Part shown: positions 1 to 10,077 of the stretch, piece after piece
How the letters are laid out: the number at the start of each line of letters is the position of its first letter
Position numbering within the stretch: position 1 is the stretch's first letter
DNA from: Octopus sinensis
Taxonomy: Eukaryota
Length of the DNA: 64,000 bases
NCBI RefSeq assembly: GCF_006345805.1
Contig: NW_021832380.1
Location: 62,001 to 126,000, forward strand
Direction: 5' to 3'
Notes under the pieces: model-generated
Seen by the model: only the letters and a program-made list of their open reading frames with translations
What the model was told of the DNA's origin: nothing
Database searches by the model: none
Made by a program: the position numbers and the translations under genes

Positions 1-178
1 ATAGGTTTGATTATTAATAATAATAGGTTTGATTTTGAAATAAATTATCAGAAGACGTGATATTTAAAATTATTTTTTTTATTGTTAAAATATAATTGAT
101 TAATTCAAATAAATTAAATTAAATTAGAATAAATAAAAATATAAAGTTAAATCTCTAAAAGGCAATAAAATATTTTTA

Positions 179-1231
179 ATGCAGTCGAATAATCAAGCTC
201 TTTTGAGCATAGGCACAAAAGTGCTCAACGAAATTCTCGAATCCCGCCATAAAGCAAATTTTAAAGGGTAACCACTATAAAACTATTTTTCAGGGTAAAA
301 CCAGATATAATTGATTGCACAGCACATGGTAATATAACCAAATATATTAAATCTAGACTTTTTTGACATTACATATACAATAACTAACCCACAAAACAAT
401 CGTCACCGAATAAAAGTATTTTTATCACTCGATGTAGATCGAAATGACGTTTCCTCTCATGAAGGATCAAAACAAAATAATAAAGCAGCCCCTCGTCGAT
501 TTTTATGCCAAAAACGTGTCTTTCAACTCAGGTTTGGTCATCCAGTCTCACCACAGAAAGCACTGCCATCCTCGACTATGACTTGATCGAAGACACTTTG
601 GAGGACATAAGGAAGGCTCAATACCTCAAAAGAACCTGCATTCACGCCCTTGTCGATTTCTACATCCAAGGAGCCCATATGTCAGATTCCAGGGAAAGTC
701 TGACTTTGTCTTTGGGGAGAACGGACAAATTGTATTGGTGGATACCAGTTTAGATACTTCCAAGTGAATGGAACTATTTTTGGGCAATTTTGCCATTTCC
801 AGCGACGACGCTGCCTATTTCCTATTTCTGCGACAGTTTGCTCAGGATTTGGGAATATTCGAAAATACAACTCCAAAGCCCCGTCCATCAACTACTACGA
901 CGAGCCTCCACAGGAGCTGAAGGAATTCAACCTTCGGGGGACTCCAACACTTGTTACATCACAATAAGTATAACTGTCCTTGTGAGTGCTCAGAAGTGGA
1001 AGAACGACACTTTTCAAAGCAGGGTCGAAACGTGATCTCAGATTTGCTGACAATCATGCCAATGCAGTTGTATTACAGTGTGACCAATTACAATGTATTT
1101 GAATGTGTTGAGTGTAGATGTTCTTCCTATCTCGCCTGCGTGATCAGAGTGTCTTCTTCATTAAGAGACTTAATAGATTTAAGTATGCCAGACTTCCAGA
1201 AAAAAAGACGGTCGGGTTTACGTTTAGATGA
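179..1231 (+). CDS. ARPC2: ARP2/3 complex subunit 2 (p34-Arc)-like, paralog A, multi-exon; contains two mutually compensating frameshifts near 770-860
   Basis: Hand-spliced peptide MQSNNQALLSIGTKVLNEILESRHK..TAHDFFDITYTITNPQNNRHRIKIEM..AILDYDL..KAQYLKRTCI..DDAAYFLFLRQFAQ..APSINYYDEPPQELKE..TCYITI..QLYYSVTNYNMFFLSRLRD..RLNRFK aligns motif by motif with ARPC2 (FADFDGVLYHISNP, LLYDL, LKRNC, DDDD..FMQEF, APQV..EPPLELK, GYITF, LHYHIK..HTRMR). Tiny GT-AG introns sit at the same positions as in paralog B. The 3' end is uncertain. Confidence 0.65.
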
Positions 1232-1384
1232 ATGTAGAGTCAATTTTGTTTATATAAATAGGATTTTTGTTACTTTATTATACATCTAGAGTTATTTCCT
1301 TTCCTACCCTCCTTTTAAGAGGTAAATTAAATGAGTATGGAAGCTTTTTATGTAATTTTTTACAAACTCTTGTAAAAGATTATT

Positions 1385-2200
1385 TCAGATGCTTATTATT
1401 TCTGCTTTTGTTTGGGATTTGCTCACTAGTCCAAACCCTCGTAATTTATACTTTATATAAGCCCAGATGTGCTCTATTGGATTCAAGTCAGGGCTTTGAG
1501 GAGGACAATCAAGAGTTTTAATATTTTTTTGCGTGTCCATTTGCAAACAAGCGGTATGCTTGGGATCGTTATTATGCATTAAGATGAAAGTATTTAGTCC
1601 CATTTCCGAAGCTCTTTGAAATAGATTTTGGGCCAAATGTTACTTATAAAATGCATTATTCATTTTATCGTCGATGAAAACAATTCTTCCAACGCCTTTA
1701 GACGAAATACAGCCCCATAACATTATGTTCCCACCACCGTGTTTGACAGTAGGGAGATTTTATCTGAATTATAATGTTCTAATGGATAATATTAATGTCC
1801 GTCACTCTGATATAAGTTAAATTTGTACTCATCGGAAAAAACTACTGTTTCAAGTTCCTCGTTTGACATACTCAAACATTTATCCGAGAATGATTTTCTT
1901 TTTTCAATGTTTACCCGTATTAAAAGTGGTTTTTAACTGGTGTTTTAGTAATAAGACCGGCAGATCGTAACGTATTTGATATACTTGATGTTGATATTGT
2001 GATACGATGATCGTATTCAATTTTATCCTTAATTTGTCTCAACGTAATTAAGTGATCGATATCATGATATTTAAAGCTATCGTGCTTTATGTCTTTTGAT
2101 AATTTTAATGGCCTTCCAGAACCTATTCTTCTTGACAAAGATTCATTATTTTGTATTTTTGAATGTATTTTTTGCACCGTCGATTTCGAAATCTTGTATT
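1385..2200 (-). mobile_element. Tc1/mariner (DD34E-type) transposase remnant
   Basis: ORF pieces carry GSGRPLKL (HTH region), HNNDPKHT and PPQSPDLNPIEHIW, typical of Tc1 transposases. Frameshifted, and no TIRs identified. Confidence 0.8.
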
Positions 2201-2224
2201 TTAGGGCAATAAGTCTTTAAGACA

Positions 2225-2372
2225 GTCCGTTCCTTAAATCTTTGGAGAGAAGAATCGCCAAAAGGAGAAACGACCCGAGAGAGTCCTTTTGGCTTCTTCA
2301 ACGCCTCTCCATTGCCGTAATCCGCGGCAACTGCTTTGCAATCCGTGAGGCTGGGAGGGCGCCCTAACCTGC
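2225..2372 (+). mobile_element. 3' end fragment of CRE-clade (RLE) non-LTR retrotransposon
   Basis: Translates as SFLKSLERRIAKRRNDPRESFWLLQRLSIAVIRGNCFAI, matching the CRE-type C-terminal FQRISVAIQRGN motif. Confidence 0.6.
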
Positions 2373-2732
2373 GTAGTCTTAAACAATCCTTCTCCCTTTT
2401 CTAACTGTCTTTTAATAAATTCGACAAGTGCTTAAGCAATGATAAAAAATTTAATATTTTAAGGAAATATTTAGGTGGTCACTTTATTAGTAGAAATAGA
2501 TTTTCAAAAAATCATCAAGACAAATTTTACAATGCGAATACTCAATTTTTTGAGTTAAATGTGTTTATCAATAGAAATAACAGATTGTTAGCTATGAATT
2601 TTTTTAAAAATGATTAGAACCATGATAAATTGCATTATTTCTAAGTGATCACTTTTTTTCTGCATTAAGTGTATGTTCAACTCATTTAAGACTGTTATAA
2701 AATATGCAAAAATTAAAAAATAAGAAAAAATA

Positions 2733-5700
2733 TCAGACCACGTCCTTTAGAATGAATTTAGGGACAATATTCATAGCCGTCATCTCCTGACATAGCAATT
2801 TGAAGGCATAAGGCATCTGTACTCGAGCCATTTCTGACCCATCCCGACAATTCTGACACCTCGCAGTGACAAAGAAGGAATACCAATTGGGCATGCCCAT
2901 CACCCCACACTTGCCACAAATATCCACAACAAAGTTATCACTGGACGTAACCAACCGCTCATGGATAAGCTGACTGGCCCCATATGCAATGAGACAGTCC
3001 CTCTCCATCTCCCCTATCCGCAGTCCTCCCTGCCTATTCCTCCCCTCCGTCGGCTGTCTCGTCAGATTCACCACCGGCCCAGTCGACCGGGCGTGGATCT
3101 TGTCCCCCACCATGTGCTTCAACTTCTGATAGTACACCACTCCGTTATAGATCTGGCACTGCAGAGGATTCCTACACTCCCCCAACACGAATACCCTTCC
3201 ATCCCCGTGTACATTATGTCCTCCCCGATGTAGTTGAATCCGTGCTCTTCCAATATCTTCTGAGTCAACTCGCGTTTGTCTCCCTGGAAGACTGCCATGC
3301 CTCACCAACACAACCCGTCGAGTCCACAAATTGACCTCCCACCGCCGCGGCCTTCCCGGTGATGATTTCCAACATCTTCCCCACCGTCATCCTCGAGGGG
3401 AATCCGTGAGGGTTCATAATCTACCATAACCACCCCTCCTTACAATGTCGGGAATCACTCCCTACCATCTCACACCACCAACTACCGATTCCGTGAAGGG
3501 CAGATCTTCTGGGGAGACAATGTTGCCAATAACACTACAAATGACAGCACAGGACACCCCTTCTGTCCATGCCGACTACTGAACTTGTCCCCTATTTCCG
3601 GGATTCGGTTTATTCTGTACTTTACTTTCAATATCGTCTTATCTCGCTCATTACACGTCAACATGACTCGGTCTACATGACAATCGTCCACTCCCCGGTA
3701 ACTGCCCTTCATTATTTGGACAAACCTGAGGGTGATCACATTCCTCACTGACTCGTCCTGCATTCTCATCCTCTTCACAAACAGACTGTCACCCGTTTTC
3801 ACCAACGCCCCTACACTTACACTAATTTAACACCAATCTCCGCAATTCCGTCATTTCCTATGGCCTTGAACCGATCCTTCACCCGATTGTCGGTCTCGGA
3901 GATGACTGGAGGTGGCTGACCCTCTTCCACTGTGGAGAAATCAAAATATGCCACTTCCTTCCTGTAAACCGTGGACCTCCCCAATCCCCGGTCGATGGAT
4001 GCTTTATTGAAGACCAACGCATCCTCCAAGTCGTACCCCGAAAAGCTCATTATGGCCACCAGAGCATTCTGTCCTCCCGGAAGTCGATCAAAACAAGCCA
4101 TGTCCATCACTTTGGTGGAAACAAGGGGTCGTTGAGGGTAGTTCAAATTATAAATGACTGAATCAAATCGTTTATAGTGGTTTTCAGCCATCAGCCCTAC
4201 GAATAGAAGGACATTCCAACCCTGTGCTTGTTTGCCCATAGCACACTGATAGGTCAGTCGAGGTGCCTGGTTGTGATTGGAGAAAGGCACTACACTCACA
4301 CACACACCCAGTAGAGCAAAATTAGCAATATCCATGTGAGTAGAATGCCTATATTACTCCCCACACACAACTCGTTAATGCTCTCCCTGTCGGAAGCCAC
4401 CACTGCGTCCTCCATTTCGTTGGCGTCCAAAAACTCGAGGACTCCATGTCTCCACAGCCAATCCAGCGGCCTACCACTGACTGGGACTACTCACGTGGCT
4501 TTGTCGGCCAGTTCTTCCTCCAGTTGAGGCGTCAACAGACATTGCTGGTTGTCCACCCGGAAGAACGGGCTACCAATACACGGAAACACCCACCGAATGA
4601 GTCTCCCACCATCACAGGACACCACCACAAACCGACGGGTCTCATCCAAGTTAATATTCACGTAGAAATGAATAATCCCACGCCTTCTCAACTCGCGGAT
4701 ATTACTGACCAGTTGACTGGGGTTGGCCGATATCCCCACTACCCTCCCTGTCCGTAGTCACCCTCCAATACCGTTCAGAAACACAATATAATTGCAGGGG
4801 GCTGTCAGTTGGTCACCCGACACCAAATCCAACGGCAAAGTCCCGAAATTCCGCAGAGTGTCCGCGATCACGGATTCCGTGCATTCCCCCGACACCTCCG
4901 CCAACAGGGACAGGTTCTTGACGAGACCACAACTCTACCACACTCAAACTGACACTAACCTCCCCCTCGGGTGTGTCACATGGACAAATCAAATAAAACT
5001 GAGTTCCGTGAATTGACCGTGGTCCCACCGATTTCCGTGTTTTCTCAAACTATGGAATTGGGTAGGGAAGGGGACTTGTGAGACAATTCTGGTGATGTGG
5101 GTTATCGTGGCCAAATAACAGCACCGACTGAGTACTTGGGTCACTCCAGATCTGTCCATTTTGAATCTCTTGATGGCCCAATTGCCCTGAATAGTGAGGG
5201 GGAGTACAGTGAGGAGTGCCAATTCAAGTCTATCGGTGATGTATCGTGGACTGATGTAAGTGTACAAGTCATATCCCGCATGTTTGCACATCCGTTCGTG
5301 CACTCTTTTCAAGTCAGAGTTGAAAGTGAGGAATAAATCCTCGAATAAAAGTGAGAGAAGAGAGGAAGCCAATTCCATTCGTTTATTGCCGTAGTGTTCT
5401 CGACTGTCCATTGTCTCTGGTCTCAGCTTGGCCGAGATGTATCGGTAGATCATGACACAGAGGAATATCCCCTTTTCTCGCAAATCCCTCCCGTCGCACT
5501 ACTCAATGACCACCACACATACTTCTATGTTCGGGAGGAGCACATCCGCCAGAACTCGGCCTAGCAAGTCCTTCTTGCTCATTTCTCCAATTCCTTGTTC
5601 ATGTCCACTGATCCTCACTTTGTCCTCCAAGTACTCCAAACACTATATTTATTAAATAATATAATTAATTAATTATTAATTAATTTAAATATTGAAATAG

Positions 5701-6813
5701 TAGAATAATACAGAAGTGGTGATGTGGACACATGCCACCTCGTGACAGTGATAGAGGCTGGGAGTCAACATTGTATAATTGTCTGGGGTGTGACCAATGT
5801 AGTCGAAAATCTCCTGATCAGTCTCAATGCCCAGTGCCTTAATGAGGACATAGGCAGGCACCAACTAGGACTAATTCAATCACTTACATCATTAAATGAA
5901 TTGTGCTTTATATAGAACACATCCCTCTTCATTAATAATGTCGTCTTGCTCTTCCTTTGAGAGGTAGAACTGAGGACTGAGGCCGTCAACAATTCTCCCT
6001 CTCCCTCCACAATAATCCGATTTCTGTTCATTTGTTCTTGTATCATGAGGACACGTTCGGCCCCCTTTATGACAAAGTACCCCCCGGGGTCGAGGGGACA
6101 TTCTCCCACTCTGTGCAGTTGGTAGTCCCTTATTAGCTTGTTCACTGTCAGGTTGCAGTTTTTGGAATGAATCATTATTGGAAGTCTACAATATATATTA
6201 TATCAATAAATATATATTTTATTTCTATTGTTTATTAAATAAATTTTTATCAATAAAATATATTTAAAATTTGTATCGATGTGTGCTTACCTTCCAATTA
6301 GAACATTCTCCCTTCTGACATAATTATCAGGCTCCCCTCTCTGGTAGACAATGTCGACGTATATGTCGGCTGCGTATGTGAGATCCCTTAGGCGGCACTA
6401 CAATATGCCACTGAGGTACCTCGTTGGGGAACACTGCCCTGGTCGTCCCCACTCCCTCGCAGATGTCTGGCGTGCCCACCCGGATATTGTGATATCTGCT
6501 GGGTTATGTGGAAGTACTGAAGGAATAGTCGGCCGTCTGAAGTGAGGTAATGATCTTTATGGGCGTCCACGATTTCTTGGAGCTAAAATAGAGGGAAAAA
6601 TGTACATTTCTCGAAACGAAGGAGTTAAATGAATTGATCTGCATTTTTATTAATCCACCCTTGGCCAGGTAAAGAGGAATGAACCGTTCTCTCCCCTATT
6701 TAATATTTTTGATAGTTTTACCTTAAAGTTTCGTAGGTTTGTTTTGTGTGTGAAGAATATCTCGCTTGTGTCTGGACGTCTACGAATAAATCATTACCCA
6801 CAACATACTGCAT
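2733..6813 (-). CDS. POLR3B: DNA-directed RNA polymerase III second-largest subunit (RPC2), many tiny introns
   Basis: Motifs [138 protein letters not shown]. Frame breaks are resolved by 22-29 nt GT-AG introns (e.g. 2860-2883, 4197-4220). The start at 6813 is inferred. Confidence 0.92.
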
Positions 6814-7069
6814 TGGAACTCACGATTTTTATTATTAAATTTAAATTTGTTATTTTATTTTTTTTATAAATTTATTCACTGTACAAAATTAACTAAGATA
6901 TATAATTAATTGACTTTTATTGTCCATAGTTCTTAATATATTATTTATAGAGTCGGGAATCCCCAGTGAATCCGATTTTTCTCCCGGTGAATATTAGGAA
7001 GGGAAACCCTGTATAAAAGCTTCAGAAAAGATCAGGGACTTGACACAAAGTCTTCAGAAGATTGAGCTT

Positions 7070-7478
7070 GGCTACACTTTTTTGGTGCTGGTGAGTTTTT
7101 CAGTGTTGGGTCTAATTAAATCTCAATATCAACTTTTATGGCGTCTTTCCGTCACTTCCCTAAAGTTTCAGTTTTGCAACCATATTCATTCAGTGTACTA
7201 ACATTTTTTTAAGAGTGTGCTAGTTGGTTAACTATAGTCTAACTTTCGTGATTAATGACAACATTTCTGGCAAATTTCGAGGACGGAGTAATACAGATCC
7301 CCCGCCTTTTTCTGTTTATCATCACTATCCTACCCTTATTTTAGATCATTCCATTTTGAAATATTTAAGCTGAATGCTTGCTTTAAGCACTCTATTTTGT
7401 TGAGGTAGTCTTATTAGCATACCAGCTTTGCAGCAACTTTACATTATTGGAATTGCCGTGGGTAGACTTCTCCCCAAC
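7070..7478 (-). pseudogene. Degenerate 18S rRNA gene fragment
   Basis: The reverse complement contains decayed universal 18S segments in the correct order: TATGGTTGCAAAACTGAAACTTTAGGGAAGTGACGGAA (cf. TATGGTTGCAAAGCTGAAACTTAAAGGAATTGACGGAA), AAAACTCACCAG, ATTTGCCAGAAATGTTGTCATTAATC, AAATAGAGTGCTTAAAGCA, AAAGTTGCTGCA. Many deletions lie between them. Confidence 0.75.
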
Positions 7479-7489
7479 TGAAGATCACA

Positions 7490-8245
7490 AAACTCGTTTA
7501 AGAATAGTTTCTTCAGATATTTGTAGAGATCTCCTTCAAAGTAGGTACTTTCAATCTTGAGAGTTTATTCGAAGGATTGGAAAGTTTGTTTGAGTTCAAA
7601 AACATTTTTACGAAAATATTATTTTTGGACCCTGAAATGATTGTAGTGTTTTACTTTACAAACATACTTTATCATTAAAATGACATTATCAGAAAAGTCA
7701 TTCGAAATTGTGACGTATTTTCATTACAAATATATCTATTTTTTAATTTTTAATGTACGTTGCTGATATGAATATTTTTATCTCTTCTACAAATCAAAAG
7801 TTTCAACTAAATCTTGTAGATCTAAACAAGTTTTTATAAATAGATTTCAACGTTCATTGGCAGGTTTTTAAACAATTTATTCAGATTTGCATTTATCAGA
7901 GCACTTTTTAACAAAGGAATATATAACAACTTAAGACCACTTGTTTACTTATGGACCTTGCAAATTTTTACAATCTGGTAATGGTCCAGAATTGTGTTTC
8001 TTTGAAAATTCAAATTTGATATAAATTTGATTAATAATTCTCACAAGCCGCTTTCAAGTGCCCGCAGCTGCTTGTTCAAAAGATTCAAGTATAAACGAGT
8101 TCCTTTCTATACCTCATTGTAATGTTCTATGACAAATACATTAATTAAAATTTAATAGAATTTAAAATTTTATCCCAAATCGAACGCCCTAAATTAAAAG
8201 TTCATCAGCTCATTTTGACGATATCGCCCACGTTGAGAACCACTA
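7490..8245 (+). mobile_element. Probable hAT-type DNA transposon remnant ending in a right TIR
   Basis: GTTGAGAACCACTA at 8232-8245 is the reverse complement of a typical hAT terminus (TAGTGGTTCTCAAC). The upstream sequence is only weakly transposase-like and the left boundary is unknown. Confidence 0.35.
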
Positions 8246-8678
8246 GGCTACATCGCTGCAACTTTTTGCCGAGGAATCCCCTACTTTTCAATGGTTGACG
8301 CAACATCGGAGGAAAAACAGAAATTGTTGTGGCATTTGTAAAAAATCTAATTTGAGCTACTCACCACCCCTTAACAATTTTTGAAAGTATGATTGCTCTT
8401 AAACTGAAGAAATTTGAAGAAAACGAGTTTGACAAAATTTATCGTTTACTTCAATCCATGTAGTATAAATTTACCTTTTCCCATCGAGTAACTTCTGAAA
8501 AAATTCTCGATGTGATGCGCTTTGATAAAAAATCTAAAGGACAAATCCCTCGCTTTGTCATTTTAGATGGGATAGGAAAAGTTGAATCTTTTTTAAAGAT
8601 GCTTATTGCAAAAAAATCAATGAAACACTTTTAATGGAAACTCTTGGTTAGATGGTTGCAGAATTTTACCATGAATAG
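8246..8678 (+). pseudogene. aroB: Bacterial-type 3-dehydroquinate synthase fragment, internally deleted and frameshifted
   Basis: GYIAATFCRGIP..SMVDA/IGGKTEIVVAFVKNLI*ATHHPLTIF (cf. AATxxRGI, MVDASIGGKT, KNLIGxxHxP) is fused in frame to ESMIALKLKKFEENEFDKIYRLLQSM*YKFTFSHRVTSEKILDVMRFDKKSKGQIPRFVILDGIGKVESF/KDAYCKKINETLLMETLG*MVAEFYHE* (cf. MxxDKK..RFVxLxxIGK). No introns. Confidence 0.8.
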
Positions 8679-8953
8679 AGGAAATAAATGGGCCCTTCGC
8701 ATCAAAAGAGCTGTCTTTAAGGCTTTTTAGAGATTCCACATCTATATTTCATACACTTTGTGCCATCCTCTTTGGGGTGATGGGCAAAGGAAAAACCACT
8801 GTTCGCAAGTAACTACAGTCTCATGATGCTATTGCTATGATAGAAGCGACTAAGAATTTTAGAGCGCTCATCACCATGTTACTCGATCAAGTCAAAATTG
8901 AAGGCGTTGGAGGTCAGTTTCATACCGTGGTTGATGTTGTCTACTCAGTAAAC
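8671..8953 (+). pseudogene. aroA: Bacterial-type EPSP synthase N-terminal fragment; ATG overlaps the aroB stop
   Basis: MNRGNKWALRIK/KSCL*GFLEIP/SIFHTLCAILFGVMGKGKTTVRK*LQSHDAIAMIEATKNFRALITMLLDQVKIEGVGGQFHTVVDVVYSVN matches the AroA N-terminus pattern (G.l.IPxSKSHTxRAIL..GK..ixnxLxSxDxxAMxxA..lGa.I..IeGv). ATG 8671-8673 lies 8 nt inside the aroB frame, which ends at TAG 8676-8678. Confidence 0.8.
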
Positions 8954-9971
8954 CCCCTAATAAACATTACTAATTGTTAGGTATCTAAAATATCTTTGGA
9001 AAAAAGACGTCTAAACAATCCTAGCCATTTACAGCAAAGAGGTTTTAAAAAGAGATTCCCAAAAAGATTTCAAAGCTTTTTGATTGCATGCTCTCTCAAA
9101 ACTTTGTGCTCAAATCAAAACATCGCACTGCTTAGATTGCATTCAGTTGTCACCTCAGATCGCTACCAGTTTTCTCCATTGCAAACCCTCTCTATTCTTG
9201 ATGAACTCTTATAAATCCAAGATTAAGATTTGTTTAGGAAAACATTGTTTCTGCTAAAGAGGAGCCTTTTTTGTGAGTGGTTTCTCAACCGTTGTTTGGA
9301 CGTGCGGTTATGCTTTTGGCCTTTCTTCTAATTCGACGCCTTGGGTAGAAATAAATTTATGAACAGGCGGTTGAATGGAAATTTGAGAAGCTGGTTGTCT
9401 ACGGATTTCAGAAGATTCTGCTATCGAAAAGATCGTCAAGTTCATTTTTATCTTCCGTGAACTCTGCAAAAAAACTTGATGGGGGAAGAGGAAGAGTTTT
9501 TTCTTTAACGTTCTCATCACCTTCTTCTTACCCTTTAGAAGGACGTTCCTGTCTCTTTTCAGCTTTATTAGACTCTTCAACTTTTAAGACATTCATAAAT
9601 TTCTTGTGAGCAACTTCTTTATCTGGCGTCCCGTTTCGTCTCTATTTTGTGCTGCGTCTGCAATGATTTCTAAACATTCCCCTTAATTTTTCAAATATTA
9701 TGCATAACACTTTCAATTTCATCTTTTTCAATAGCCATTTTGAGGTCAGCTGGGTTTATTTTTTGAGGGGATTGTTGAGGATATTGTTTGCGGTTAATGC
9801 GTTCAAGGAGAATTTTGTTATTAGTTCCTTTATTTCCGATGGTTTTTTTTATAGAAAATAAGTTTAGGATAGGGCAGTAGTGGAGTGCTAATGTGTTTTT
9901 GATGTTCCTGTCAGGGGTTGGTGTTGTCGTGAGATTGTGACTTGAGTGCTTTTTGATCATACTCGCGGAGG

Positions 9972-10067
9972 CAATATTATACCACTTCAAAATCTTAAAT
10001 ACCAAAATGGCGAGAAATATCGTGTCAATATTATACCACTTCAAAAATCCTAATTACCAAAATGGTC
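9972..10067. repeat. Two imperfect tandem copies of a ~54-bp unit abutting the Ginger element
   Basis: CAATATTATACCACTTCAAAA(A)TC.TAA.TACCAAAATGG begins at 9972 and again at 10026. Confidence 0.8.
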
Positions 10068-10077
10068 ATATATATTA

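Noticed and set aside
2733-6813. Stop-codon reassignment or programmed frameshifting as the cause of fragmented ORFs
   Set aside because: Each break examined is explained by a 22-29 nt GT-AG intron, and genes end at ordinary TAA/TAG/TGA.
8885-8940. VKIEGVGGQFHTVVD read as a Merlin transposase motif (IGGPG..VEID)
   Set aside because: It is in frame with a long upstream AroA-like segment and fits the AroA I.GV.G region. No Merlin TIR is nearby.
9000-9950. Possible BED-finger/hAT transposase on the minus strand with a TIR-like GAGTGGTTTCTCAACC at about 9277
   Set aside because: The Cys/His pattern is incomplete and the TIR orientation does not fit. Not supportable.
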